Under the pieces are notes generated by a model. The model made no database searches. It worked only from the letters and a program-made list of their open reading frames with translations, and had not been told where the DNA came from. 64,000 nucleotides of DNA from an uncultured delta proteobacterium. Its GTDB lineage: Bacteria > Desulfobacterota > Binatia > Binatales > Binataceae. The translations under genes were made by a program, and so were the position numbers. This document shows positions 54,636 through 64,000 of this stretch, one piece after another; position 1 is the first letter of the stretch, and every line of letters begins with the position of its first letter. Location of the stretch: contig CAWKCZ010000003.1 of the NCBI GenBank assembly GCA_963848285.1, positions 68,009 to 132,008 of the forward strand, given 5' to 3'.

Positions 54636-56303
54636 ATGATGCATAAAACACTACCATTGCCGCTCACGGAAAAATCCGCCCCACGTCGCCCGCTCATAGG
54701 AACCTTCTCAATTCCGATCAACCACGCCCTTCTCCTGGTTCTCATCATGCTCGGGGCTCTGGTTTCTGCCTCGCCCGTCGCGGCCCAGGATCGATCCGAG
54801 AATCGGTGGTTCAAAGATTATGATCCACGAGGCCGGAACCATCCGGGCAATCTCCCGCCCGACCCGAGAATGCTATCCAAACTAAGGGACTGCCATTTCC
54901 AGGGAAATTGGGGAGGTCGTGGCTGCGTAGCGGCCAGCACTTTGAAAGAGATGGTGGACGAGTACCTCGCGACGCCCAATCCTGCCTACTCGGGCGTGGG
55001 CTCGTCGGTGCCGGGCGTTTCGGTTGCATGGTACAGCCCGCAGTGTGGAACCTTCACGTATGCGGTCGGGCTGCAGAACATCGAGCACAATGTGCCGTTG
55101 ACGCCGGCCACCCCGATGGGCATCGGCAGCATGACGAAGCTGGTCATTGCGGCACTTACCTTGCGGCTCGAAGAACAGGGATGGTTTGGATCCCGCGGCC
55201 TCGACACCCCGGCGAGTCAGTTTCTAAGCCCTGGCCAGATTAAGTCGCTCACGGTGGGCGACGATCCCAGCCATCCGCAATGTCCGGGAGTGCGACTGTT
55301 GTACAACCGCGCGGTCGGCGACTTCGAGTTAACCCACTTCGACTGTCCCGACCTTTCGAAGGTAACTCTGCGCAATTTGCTAACCGCAAACCACGGCATG
55401 TACGACTTCATAGACGAAACTTATTTGCCGGACGGCTCCGACCCGGTCGCCGTTAGCTGGTTTTCCAAGCTGATGGATTTCCTCGGGATCCCTCACGTCG
55501 CTCCTCCCACTTCTACCACCGCGCTTGGCCAATTGAAGTTTTATGGTCTGCAGCGCGATGAGGCGGCGGTAATCGGCGGGAACGTCGGTCATCGAGATTT
55601 CGAGTCGAGCTTCGGAAACACAGGGTATCAACTTTTAGGCGTGTTCCTTGAGCAGAGCACTGGATTAACGCTCGATCAGTTAGTCAAGTACTTTATAACC
55701 GGGCCGCTCCACATCGATGACATGCACATCTATTCGCGACCGGATCCGAAGGGCGCCATCGCCAACGGTTACGAGATGTACATTAACGACCCGTCCGATG
55801 GAGATTTCCCGAATATCTCCCAAGTCTACCCGCTCGCCAGCTTCAACGGATATTCCGCCCTGAATACGCTTAGCTTTGGACTTGGGTCACCCGCGAACAT
55901 CAACTTCGGAGGCGGGGCCGGAGCCCTCGTCGCAACTCCCCGGAGCTATGCGGTCTTTCTGCGCGCATTCATCGAGGGCGGACTCCTCGGCCCTCGTGCC
56001 CAGCGCGAGCTCAATAACTCCTACGTCTCCCTTCCGGACGTCGAGCCGGGTTTCTCGATGGGCTTCGGACTGCAAAAGATTCAGATTCGAAATGAACCGG
56101 GATCGGTGGATTTCGATGAGTATCAACACTTTGGTAGCGACGCCGGCATCCAATGCCTCAATGCCGAGATACGCCGGCTCGACAACCACATCGCTCCCGC
56201 CGCGGGGGCGATGTGTTTCAACGTACGCCGCGACATCTATCCGGATCAGTTTGTTCTCTGGAACAATCTCAAAGGACAGGTCATGGGTGTGATCGCTCCA
56301 TGA
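54636..56303 (+). CDS. Serine hydrolase, beta-lactamase/transpeptidase-like family, secreted
   Basis: TM/signal LLLVLIMLGALVSASPVAA, SxxK motif GIGSMTKLV. Large (about 555 aa) with long insertions. Confidence 0.7.
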   Translation: MMHKTLPLPLTEKSAPRRPLIGTFSIPINHALLLVLIMLGALVSASPVAAQDRSENRWFKDYDPRGRNHPGNLPPDPRMLSKLRDCHFQGNWGGRGCVAASTLKEMVDEYLATPNPAYSGVGSSVPGVSVAWYSPQCGTFTYAVGLQNIEHNVPLTPATPMGIGSMTKLVIAALTLRLEEQGWFGSRGLDTPASQFLSPGQIKSLTVGDDPSHPQCPGVRLLYNRAVGDFELTHFDCPDLSKVTLRNLLTANHGMYDFIDETYLPDGSDPVAVSWFSKLMDFLGIPHVAPPTSTTALGQLKFYGLQRDEAAVIGGNVGHRDFESSFGNTGYQLLGVFLEQSTGLTLDQLVKYFITGPLHIDDMHIYSRPDPKGAIANGYEMYINDPSDGDFPNISQVYPLASFNGYSALNTLSFGLGSPANINFGGGAGALVATPRSYAVFLRAFIEGGLLGPRAQRELNNSYVSLPDVEPGFSMGFGLQKIQIRNEPGSVDFDEYQHFGSDAGIQCLNAEIRRLDNHIAPAAGAMCFNVRRDIYPDQFVLWNNLKGQVMGVIAP

Positions 56304-56446
56304 TTACCCAGGATCTCTGCTCCATCTCCGGCTCCGGCACGCTCGACATAAAGCTTGGCGAGGTTCCGTTGCAAGAACGCCTCGAATAGGGAGAGGGCGT
56401 GCCATCGCGTTAGCGTCGACACGCCCTCCAACAGTCAAGTGCTTGC

Positions 56447-58555
56447 TCAGAAAGGAACCGGCGGGCCGATCAGCGGCGTCCGGAGTGGCGCGGCGGCCCC
56501 GACCGCAATTGCGATGGAGTTGCCGCCCGGATTGGTATCCGGAGTCGCATTGATCTTCCAGTTGCCGGCTATCCAGATATTCCCCGACGGATCGATTTGG
56601 CCACCAGTGATGCGCTCCAAGGCGTTGCTCTGATAACCGGTGAGGCTGGGCGAGATCGGGGCGCCGACGCGCCGCAATCCTGCCGGACACGCAGTGACAT
56701 TGGCTCCACAGAAGTGGCTGATTCCGGTGGGAGCGCATTTGAACTGATTGAGGCCAGTTTGAGCGCAGGCCACTGGATCGACCGGTATCGATCCAAAGTT
56801 GAACACCCATACCGAGTCATTCCCGTCGACCGCGATCCCCCACGGTACGGTGAGTCCGCCGCCGGTGAAGGGAGAATTCTGATATGGCACTCGAGTATTC
56901 GCAGCGTACATGGTGATCGATGGACTCATTCCCATGCCGACGTTGTTGGTGTCAGGACAAGGCGCATCGAGCCAGTCCGAGTTGGCGACCCATATGTTTC
57001 CCTTGCTATCGGCAATGTTGCCGATCGGATGAGTCAGCACCTGGGGGCCTGAAGCAGGGTTGCCCAGGGTGGCCAGCAACTTTCCCTCCGGCGAGACAAT
57101 CGACATCGTATTGTTGAAGTTGTCAGTGACCCAGGCGTCGCCGTTCAGATCGAGCGCGATACCGAAAGGTTTCACATTAGGCACATTCGGCGTGGTGCTC
57201 GCGTCCGCAAGTTTAATGTTGATGGTGCGTTTGGGGTTGCCTTTGAATATTTCGGTAATCGAATCATTGCCGCAGTTCGCAACGAAGAGGTTGCCTTTCA
57301 GATCCGACACGACCCCCTGCGGCCATGAAATATCGCCGACTGCAAATCCAGTGGAAGGCGACAGCGCTTTGCCGCGAATGTTGAACTTCGTGATGCTGTC
57401 GCTCGGCGCCGCTTCCGGAGTGTCGGCACAAGGTGGATCCTGGAAGCCGAAATTGGCCATCCAGAGCTTATTGTTCGGATCGAAGGTGATGCCGTATCCG
57501 GCGCCGCTGACACCGCCGCCCATGTATGGCGATTTCGGATAGACCGCTCCCGAGGGCGTAAACCGCGCCATTCGGTTGCCCGCGCACGCGGTCTGCCCCT
57601 GGGGCTCGGGGATGTAATTGTTTGCGATCCAGACGCTGCCCTGCTTATCGATCGCGAAATTGGCCGGGCCGTTCAACAGGTTGTCTTCATTCTGGACGCT
57701 GTAGAAACCGCCAGTCAGCTTCAGAAATAGCAGCCAGTTGGTGGGTCGCGCCGCCAGAAACGGAGTGTAGATTTGCGTTTGTTGTGAAAGATCGAACAGC
57801 GGATCATCGGCCGCCTGACTTCCATCCAACTCGAGGTACGACGGATTCTTTACGATATTCGCCAACGCCTGGAGCACGTTGGTCGGAGCCGTACCGCCCG
57901 GGGGCGTCGCGGCTGCAAATAGCTTCGCGCAGTTGTCGGCGACTGCGACGCAGCTTGCCACTACGTTGGTCAGCGAATTGAAAGTCGCCAGCGTTGTCGT
58001 CTCATCGCGATTAGGTACCGACCCAAGCACCACCCCGACCTCGCCGCTTTGCGGGTCTGCCAAATTGGCCGCCATCGACGGTGCGTTGCTCATGCCCTGC
58101 GGGTTGCCGAAAATGCCATCGCCTGTGATGAATTGCGCAAAAGCGTTGCCGGTCGCGACCGTCGTCCGCTCGTTGATTACCACCTGCTTGGGAACTTTGC
58201 CCACATTGCCGATCGCGCTTGCGAGCATGACCGGCCCCGATACCGCTTCGATGAATACTGGCGGCCGCGGTTTCCCCGCCTGAGTCTGCGGCGACGAATA
58301 CTTAATCGTAAAATGGCCGGCAGGGTTGGTGTTGTCCTGGCCGAGCAACTTCCATCTACCGTTCGGTAGACCAGCGTACATCGAGACCTGATAATTCCCC
58401 AAGCCGTTGCCGTTGCTCTGGACGGAGCCTTGAACCGTCTGACGGTTGCCTGCCGCATAGGCAGAGTTCCCGACTGCCAGCGCCATCAACGCCGTCGACA
58501 GAAATGCCATTCCGAGTGCCCGGAACGATTCTCGCCGCTTACCAAACTTACTCAT
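56447..58555 (-). CDS. Secreted NHL-repeat beta-propeller protein (702 aa)
   Basis: Signal peptide MAFLSTALMALAVGNSAYA. Repeated ...P.G.A.D..GN.WV.N... blades (FAIDKQGSVWIAN, GVVSDLKGNLFVAN, GIALDLNGDAWVTD, GNIADSKGNIWVAN, GIAVDGNDSVWVFN, GQIDPSGNIWIAG). Confidence 0.75.
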   Translation of the reverse strand: MSKFGKRRESFRALGMAFLSTALMALAVGNSAYAAGNRQTVQGSVQSNGNGLGNYQVSMYAGLPNGRWKLLGQDNTNPAGHFTIKYSSPQTQAGKPRPPVFIEAVSGPVMLASAIGNVGKVPKQVVINERTTVATGNAFAQFITGDGIFGNPQGMSNAPSMAANLADPQSGEVGVVLGSVPNRDETTTLATFNSLTNVVASCVAVADNCAKLFAAATPPGGTAPTNVLQALANIVKNPSYLELDGSQAADDPLFDLSQQTQIYTPFLAARPTNWLLFLKLTGGFYSVQNEDNLLNGPANFAIDKQGSVWIANNYIPEPQGQTACAGNRMARFTPSGAVYPKSPYMGGGVSGAGYGITFDPNNKLWMANFGFQDPPCADTPEAAPSDSITKFNIRGKALSPSTGFAVGDISWPQGVVSDLKGNLFVANCGNDSITEIFKGNPKRTINIKLADASTTPNVPNVKPFGIALDLNGDAWVTDNFNNTMSIVSPEGKLLATLGNPASGPQVLTHPIGNIADSKGNIWVANSDWLDAPCPDTNNVGMGMSPSITMYAANTRVPYQNSPFTGGGLTVPWGIAVDGNDSVWVFNFGSIPVDPVACAQTGLNQFKCAPTGISHFCGANVTACPAGLRRVGAPISPSLTGYQSNALERITGGQIDPSGNIWIAGNWKINATPDTNPGGNSIAIAVGAAAPLRTPLIGPPVPF

Positions 58556-58763
58556 TGTTAGCCTCCCCTAGCGAAATAGTGGAAATCCTACGCAACACAA
58601 ACTCTTTTAGCTTTGACATTCTTTAGCCCTGTTCAATGCGGTCCGCTTTTTCGATAAAGGGTATGCCCGAGGGGGAGGCTAGTCTTATAATTCCAATTCC
58701 AGTTCTATGCAGTTTGCATTCAATCTGGAGCAGTTTCCCTGCTCCGAGTTTTAGAAAACCTCG

Positions 58764-61735
58764 ATGACCACTCGAGCAGTTAGCGTTTTCGGACCCTATC
58801 GCCTCGATGCAGCCAACGCGCAGCTTTGGCGCGGCGACGAGGAAATAAGCCTCCGGCGCAAGACCTTCGACGTCCTGCGGTATCTGGTCGAACATCCCGG
58901 TGAGCTGGTGACCAAGGCAGCATTGCTCGATGCGGTATGGGCGGAAGTCAACGTCAGCGACACGATGCCCGCAACCTGCGTCGCCGAGCTGCGCAAGCTA
59001 CTGGGCGACGAGGCCAGAACCCCACGGTTCATCGAGACCGTGCATCGCCGCGGCTACCGCTTTATCGCAAAAGTGACAACCGCGGGGCAGGAATTGGGAC
59101 CTAAACGGCCAGTTGCGGCGAGAGGTCCCGCACCGATCATGGTCGGCCGCGACAAGGATTTGGCGCAACTGCAGGATTGGTATTCGCAGGTCCTCCAGGG
59201 TCAGCGGCGGATAGTCTTCATTGTAGGCGAAGCCGGGATTGGCAAGACCACGCTAGTCCGGGCCTTCCTCAATTCGATTGCGCAGCAGGGTACCGCGCGG
59301 GTCGCGCATGGCCAGTGCGTTGAGCAATACGGCGCAGGTGAGCCGTACATGCCGGTACTGGAAGCATTGAGTCGTCTCGGTCAGGAACCGGGCGGCGCAC
59401 AGGTGATCGAACTTCTAAACCGATTCGCTCCGACCTGGCTGGCGCAGATGCCCGCCTTGCAGACGCCTGAAGAGCACGCCCGGATGCAGGGTCAGCATCA
59501 GGTCCCGCCGCAGCGGATGCTGCGCGAGATGACGGAGGCGCTGGAGGCCCTAACCGCGGACGCGCCGTTGGTTCTGTCGCTGGAAGATTTGCATTGGAGC
59601 GATTTCTCGACCCTCGAACTGATCTCGGCGGTTGCGCGGCGGGGCGAGCCGGCCCGCTTGCTGGTAATTGGGACCTATCGGCTAGTGGACGCGCTTACCT
59701 CTGAGCATCCACTGCGCGCGATGCGGCAGGAACTTGGCGTGCATCGCTATTGCGAGGAGTTGTCGCCCAGGTTGCTGAATGAAAAGGACGTTGCGGGCTA
59801 CCTCGCACGACGCTTTTCCGGCCGCGATTCGCAGGGCTTCGATAGCCTCGCATCTGCGATCCATGAGCGCGCCGACGGCAATCCGTTGTTCATGATCAGT
59901 GTGGTCGACTACCTGGTTGACGCGGGGTTCCTGTCGAGCGCCGGCCAGGCTTATGCCGCAGCCGCGGCACTTCAATCGGACACCCTCGGCGCGCCTCGCA
60001 GCATCCGCGAGATGATCGAGCGTAATCTGGAACGACTGAAACCGGAGGAGCAAGCCGTCCTTGAGGGCGCCAGCGTCGCGGGTGCCGAGTTCTCGGCCGC
60101 CGCCGTCGCCGCAGCGCTCGAACGCCCGCAGGCGGAAGTGGAGGCATGCTGCACGCGCCTATCGCGACATCAGCAATTCGTCACTGGACAATCTCCGGTC
60201 GAATGGCCCGATGGAACGGTGGCGGCGGGTTTTCGGTTCCACCATTCCCTCTATCAGGAGGTTCTCTATGGCCTGCTCCCACCCGGCCGCCGGGTGCATC
60301 TCCATCGGCTGATCGCGGCGCGCGAGGAGAGCGCCTATGGCGAACGGGCCAATGAAATCGCCAGCGAGCTTGCGCATCATTACAGTCGCGCCAACGACAG
60401 ACAGAAGGCGATTCAATACTTCCGGGTCGCCGGCGGGCGCGCGGAGGGGCGCGGCGCGGCAGTGGAGGCCGAACGAGATTACCGCCACGCCATCCAACTG
60501 ATGAAAGAACTGCCGGCCAGCGCTGCTCGCGATCAGGTGGAGTTCGAGGTCCAGATCGCACTCGGCAGGGTGCTGCGGAGCTCGCGGAGCTGGTCGCATC
60601 CGGAGACCAAACACGCCTTCGCGCGCGCCGAGGAGTTGGCCAAAAAGCTCGGCGAGCCCATCCAACTCATGTTGGTACTGATCGGCCAGAAGTCAGCCGC
60701 CGACGGGAGCGGCCAATTCAGATTGGCGCTGGAACTCGGAGAGTTGATGCTGGCGGCAGCCGAACGTAGCGGCGATCGTGCCGCAGTCTGCGGGGCCCAC
60801 GCACGGCTTGGCAACACTCTCACCTCGCTCGCGCAATATGTTCAGGCCCGCAAACATCTCGAGCTGGCTGACAGTAACTACGAGGAAGACAGCCGCGGCG
60901 AGTTCGCATTCATGGGCACCGACGCAGTCGCCCTTGCGGCAATTCCGTCTCTGCTGCTCGGCTTTCCCGATCGCGCACGTCAACTGCTGAAAAATGGCGT
61001 GCGTCGGGCCGAGCGTCGCGAGCATCCGTTTTTTCTAGGGCTGGCACACCTGTGGGGAGGCATGGTCAGCAGGTTTCTGGACGATGCGGACGGTGCCTTG
61101 CACCACGCGCAGGCGCTCAACCGACTGGCCGAGCAGCAGCCGGTTTTTCAGTGTATGGCCGATCAAAACCTCGGGCGCGCGCTCATGCTGCAGGGTCGCT
61201 GGGAGGAGGGGGTAGCCTGCTCGCGCCGGGCCATTCCGTTGCACAAAACCAGTGGACTGCTCGCGCAACTGCCATGGGCTCAAGCTCGATGTCGCGGCAT
61301 TCTTCGCCAGCCAAAACAAGACTGACGACGCCCTCGCGCTGGTTGCCGAGGTTCTCGCCGATTGGGAGGAGAATGCCCTGCTTAGGCCGCCGGCGCTTCG
61401 ACAGCGTGCGGACCTGCTCGCTCTGAGCAGCGCCGACGCTGCTAGCGATTGAAGAGGCGTACCGCGCCGCGCTCGAGTCCGCGCACAGCCAGGGCGCCCG
61501 GTTCTTCGAGCTGCGGGCGGCGATACCCTTTGCGCGATGGCTCAAAGCGCAGGGGCGCATCGTGCAAGCGCGCAAGGTGCTCGCCAAGGTTTACGCCTGG
61601 TTCACGGAGGGCTTCGACACGCTCGCGCTCAAGGAGGCCAAGGCACTGCTCGATGAATTGAACAATCAGCGCGGCCCTGGTGCAAAATCGGAGAGAGCAC
61701 GAAAAAGGTCGATAGGCGCAAAACCCGATTCATGA
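58764..61735 (+). pseudogene. Large transcriptional regulator: OmpR/PhoB-type winged-helix, AAA(+)/STAND ATPase and TPR; two frameshifts near 61290 and 61445
   Basis: FGPYRLD...LRRKTFDVLRYLVEHPGELVTK..LLD.VW...VHRRGYRF (wHTH); FIVGEAGIGKTTLVRAF (Walker A); LVLSLEDLHWSD (Walker B-like). The C-terminal tail IEEAYRAALESAHSQGARFFELRAA...GFDTLALKEAKALLDEL is in another frame, with its stop at 61733-61735. Confidence 0.8.
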
Positions 61736-61869
61736 TCGCCCACGCCGGGGCTATCAGCCACTCGCCTGGCTATTGGTAAATTTGATTGCGGGCGAAAATC
61801 GCGGTTGATAGAGTCGATGCAGGCTGACTGACTCGGCACTCATCCACATTCGGGAGCTTGGAACCGTCG

Positions 61870-62721
61870 ATGGCGACTATCATCACGAGCGATTGTATCA
61901 ACTGCGGAGCCTGCGAGCCCGAATGCCCCAACACCGCGATCTACGCGGGCGCGGTGCCGTGGGAACTCAATGGTGCGTCGAATCCCGCCATCGCGCAGGA
62001 CATCTTCTATATAGTCCCCTCGAAGTGCACCGAATGCGTCGGCTTCTATGATCATGAGGCATGCGCCGCGGTATGCCCGGTCGACTGCTGCGTTCCCGAT
62101 CCGAACAATCCCGAAACTCCCGATGTGCTGCTGGCGCGTGCCCGCGCATTGCATCCGGAGCTGACGATTCCCGACGATGCGCCCTCGCGCTTCGCCAAGG
62201 AAGGTGGCGCTACTCCGGCTCCGGGACCCGCGCCGACGACCGCCAATGGCGCGGCGGCTGCTCCCGCGGCAGCACCTGGACCGGCGGCCGCTCCCGCGCT
62301 TGCACCGAAGCCACAACCAGTGGCCGCGGCGACGCCGGCATCCGCAGCATCGGTGGAGGAATACGATCCGTCAACGTGGGCGGTGCCGGTCGAATGCAAG
62401 GACTGTAACGAGCCGTTCTCGATCCCCTATCGGCATTTTCAGGCCGGCGTCGTGTTCTTCTGCCCGAATTGCTCGGGATCGTTTGTGCCCAACTCGAAGC
62501 TATGCCGTAACGTCCGCGAGGCGTTCGAGGGTTACTACGGACGACGGCGTCGCGAGCGCGAGCGCCTCGAAGCGCGCCAGGCGAAGGAGCGCGCCGACCT
62601 CGAAGCGCGCGAGGTCGCCGAGGCCGACGCGTTCGGTCAGCAGCTTCATGAGATGGCGCAGTCGGCCAAGCCTTCGGGCAAGATGGTGAAGCCCAGGGGC
62701 CTCGCCGCAATGTTCACTTAG
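61870..62721 (+). CDS. 2x[4Fe-4S] ferredoxin domain fused to an Ala/Pro linker, a zinc-ribbon-like CxxC...CxxC module and an Arg/Glu-rich helix
   Basis: MATIITSDCINCGACEPECPNTAIY...CTECVGFYDHEACAAVCPVDCC; later VECKDCNEPF...FFCPNCSGSF, then RRRRERERLEARQAKERADLEAREVAEA. Confidence 0.75.
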   Translation: MATIITSDCINCGACEPECPNTAIYAGAVPWELNGASNPAIAQDIFYIVPSKCTECVGFYDHEACAAVCPVDCCVPDPNNPETPDVLLARARALHPELTIPDDAPSRFAKEGGATPAPGPAPTTANGAAAAPAAAPGPAAAPALAPKPQPVAAATPASAASVEEYDPSTWAVPVECKDCNEPFSIPYRHFQAGVVFFCPNCSGSFVPNSKLCRNVREAFEGYYGRRRRERERLEARQAKERADLEAREVAEADAFGQQLHEMAQSAKPSGKMVKPRGLAAMFT

Positions 62722-62732
62722 CCGCGACAAAC

Positions 62733-63035
62733 TGTTAGGCGAATAAATAGCGAAACTGTAGCTGCCTGCTACCTTAAGTGGGTTTGTTTTTCGAGCCCGT
62801 CTGGTAGTTAGCGCGCGATGCCGTTGCGCTTCTTGCTTTTTCTTCGCAATGTTCTCCGGGAAACGCCTGGGATTGACCGAATATCGACCGGCCCTTTTCG
62901 TGGTGCTAGAACCGAAAACTATTTGAGTTTGCTACATTTAATGGGTTTGTTTTTGCACTTTCGATTTCTTCGCAAGGCGCCCACAAACGGCGACGGCACC
63001 CCGAAGGATGCCGCACCAATAGTGTAGCACATCGG
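62733..63035. repeat. Two adjacent family-C intergenic elements (62733-62860 divergent copy; 62925-63035 good copy), with the conserved hairpin at 62995-63012
   Basis: AGGCGAATAAATAGCGAA...GTGGGTTTGTTTTTCG... and ...ATGGGTTTGTTTTTGCACTTTCGATTTCTTCGCAA...GACGGCACCCCGAAGGATGCCGC...TAGTGTAGCACA align with 15444-15585. The good copy is bounded by the inverted GCTACA...TGTAGC. Confidence 0.65.
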
Positions 63036-63062
63036 CGCGCAGACTTCACGCCAATAGGTCGG

Positions 63063-64000
63063 CTACTCGACCGGATGATATCCGCGCGAAGTCAGGTGCG
63101 CGCGGATGAGGGCGATGTGATCGGGGCCGCGCGTCTCCAGTTCCAGCATCACCCGCGCGCCTCCGATCGGAACGTCGCGCCGACGCCGGTCGTGCTCGAT
63201 GCTATGAACATTGGCGCCCGTCGAGGCGATCTCGTTGAGCAACTTGGCCAGTTCGGCGGGGCGATCGTGCATGTCGATAGCGAAGCGGAACAAGCGACCC
63301 ATTTTCGCGAGGCCGTGCCCGATGATGCGGTCGAGCAGGTTGATGTCGATGTTGCCGCCGCTCACCACCACGACCACGGTTTTGCCCTTCAGCTCGTCAG
63401 CGATTTTGATCGCGCCCGCGAGCGCCGTCGCACCCGCGCCCTCGGCGAGCAGCTTCATCCGCTCGAGCATCAGCAGCAGCGCCGCGCCGATTTCGAAGTC
63501 GTCGACGGTGACTGCGCGTCGCACCAGCGTCGAAATCGCTTCGAAAGGAATCCTGCCGATGCGTCCGGTTGCGAGGCCATCGGCGATGGTGTCGACCGGA
63601 CGGCCAATCGAGCACGATTCCTTTTTCGCGAGACTCAAACTCAGCTGCGGCGAGCCGGCAGCCTCGACGCCGATAACTTCGGCATTCGGGCAGCGCTGTT
63701 TGATCGCGATCGCGATTCCCGCAAGCAAACCGCCGCCGCCAACCGGAACCATCACCACATCGGGTGAGCATTGCTCCGCGATCTCGATGCCGAGGGTGCC
63801 CTGCCCCGCGATGATCAGCAGATCGTCGTAAGCATCGACATAGAGCGCGCCCTTCTCGGCGCACAGCGCTTCGGCGGCGCGGCGCGCTTCCTGGTAGTCG
63901 ACGCCTTCGAGGATCACCTCCTGCTGATAACCGCGAGTGGCGGCAACTTTGGCGATCGCGGCGGTGCGCGGCATCACGATGGTCGCCTTCACCCCCGCGC
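63063..64000 (-). CDS. ilvA: Threonine ammonia-lyase (threonine dehydratase) with C-terminal ACT-like domain; N-terminus beyond the window end
   Basis: ...VMVPVGGGGLLAGIA...VIGVEAAGSP...VVVVSGGNIDINLL..., then an ACT-like tail RFAIDMHDRPAELAKLLNEIASTGANVHSIEHDR. Confidence 0.85.
   Translation of the reverse strand, partial: AGVKATIVMPRTAAIAKVAATRGYQQEVILEGVDYQEARRAAEALCAEKGALYVDAYDDLLIIAGQGTLGIEIAEQCSPDVVMVPVGGGGLLAGIAIAIKQRCPNAEVIGVEAAGSPQLSLSLAKKESCSIGRPVDTIADGLATGRIGRIPFEAISTLVRRAVTVDDFEIGAALLLMLERMKLLAEGAGATALAGAIKIADELKGKTVVVVVSGGNIDINLLDRIIGHGLAKMGRLFRFAIDMHDRPAELAKLLNEIASTGANVHSIEHDRRRRDVPIGGARVMLELETRGPDHIALIRAHLTSRGYHPVE

Noticed and set aside
62818-63027. 69-aa ORF in the ferredoxin/ilvA intergenic region
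   Set aside because: It lies entirely within the family-C repeat elements, has poor composition and no RBS, and the homologous copy at 15444-15585 does not keep the frame.

Overview
A GC-rich (by eye about 60-65%, not computed) chromosomal segment from a diderm bacterium, mostly housekeeping and envelope genes. Gene order: tpiA-pgk-gap (minus); tolQ-tolR-tolA-tolB-pal-cpoB (plus); ribF; an MFS transporter; a membrane HdrD-like Fe-S oxidoreductase; an S1C protease; a PEP-mutase/isocitrate-lyase family gene; ppdK; glyQS; a metallophosphoesterase; an HSL-type esterase; a flavin reductase; rpoZ; an rpoH-like sigma factor; a CinA-N/MoCF domain gene; an ArsC/Spx-family gene; zwf; an amidase. Next come two very large convergent secreted proteins: an SBBP+BNR propeller protein of about 1450 aa, and a DMFase-beta-like protein of 766 aa. 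The rest is an FAD oxidoreductase / small secreted protein / dihaem cytochrome c trio; vapBC; an mdtABC-like RND operon with a divergent tetR; enoyl-CoA hydratase and acyl-CoA dehydrogenase; a beta-lactamase-family hydrolase; an NHL-repeat protein; a wHTH-AAA-TPR regulator; a ferredoxin fusion; and ilvA (partial). No rRNA, tRNA, CRISPR array, transposase or integrase was recognised. Four things stand out. (1) About 20 genes are broken by indel frameshifts that cluster in patches, including essential genes, so I suspect unpolished assembly error; they are typed pseudogene only because the frame is broken as assembled. (2) The intergenic regions carry several repeat families: GTAG-plus-hairpin REP/REPIN-like elements, a six-copy 93-bp tandem array upstream of ppdK with a solo relative upstream of ribF, and a 100-140 nt element with a covarying cUUCGg hairpin. 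(3) A roughly 690-bp two-ORF cassette of atypical codon usage sits in the 3' end of rpoH, flanked by a 32-bp direct repeat that duplicates the last 11 codons. (4) The ArsC/Spx-family gene has an in-frame TGA where the first Cys of the CxxC motif belongs, followed by a SECIS-like hairpin, which makes it a candidate selenoprotein. All homology calls come from reading motifs by eye; no database search was run.
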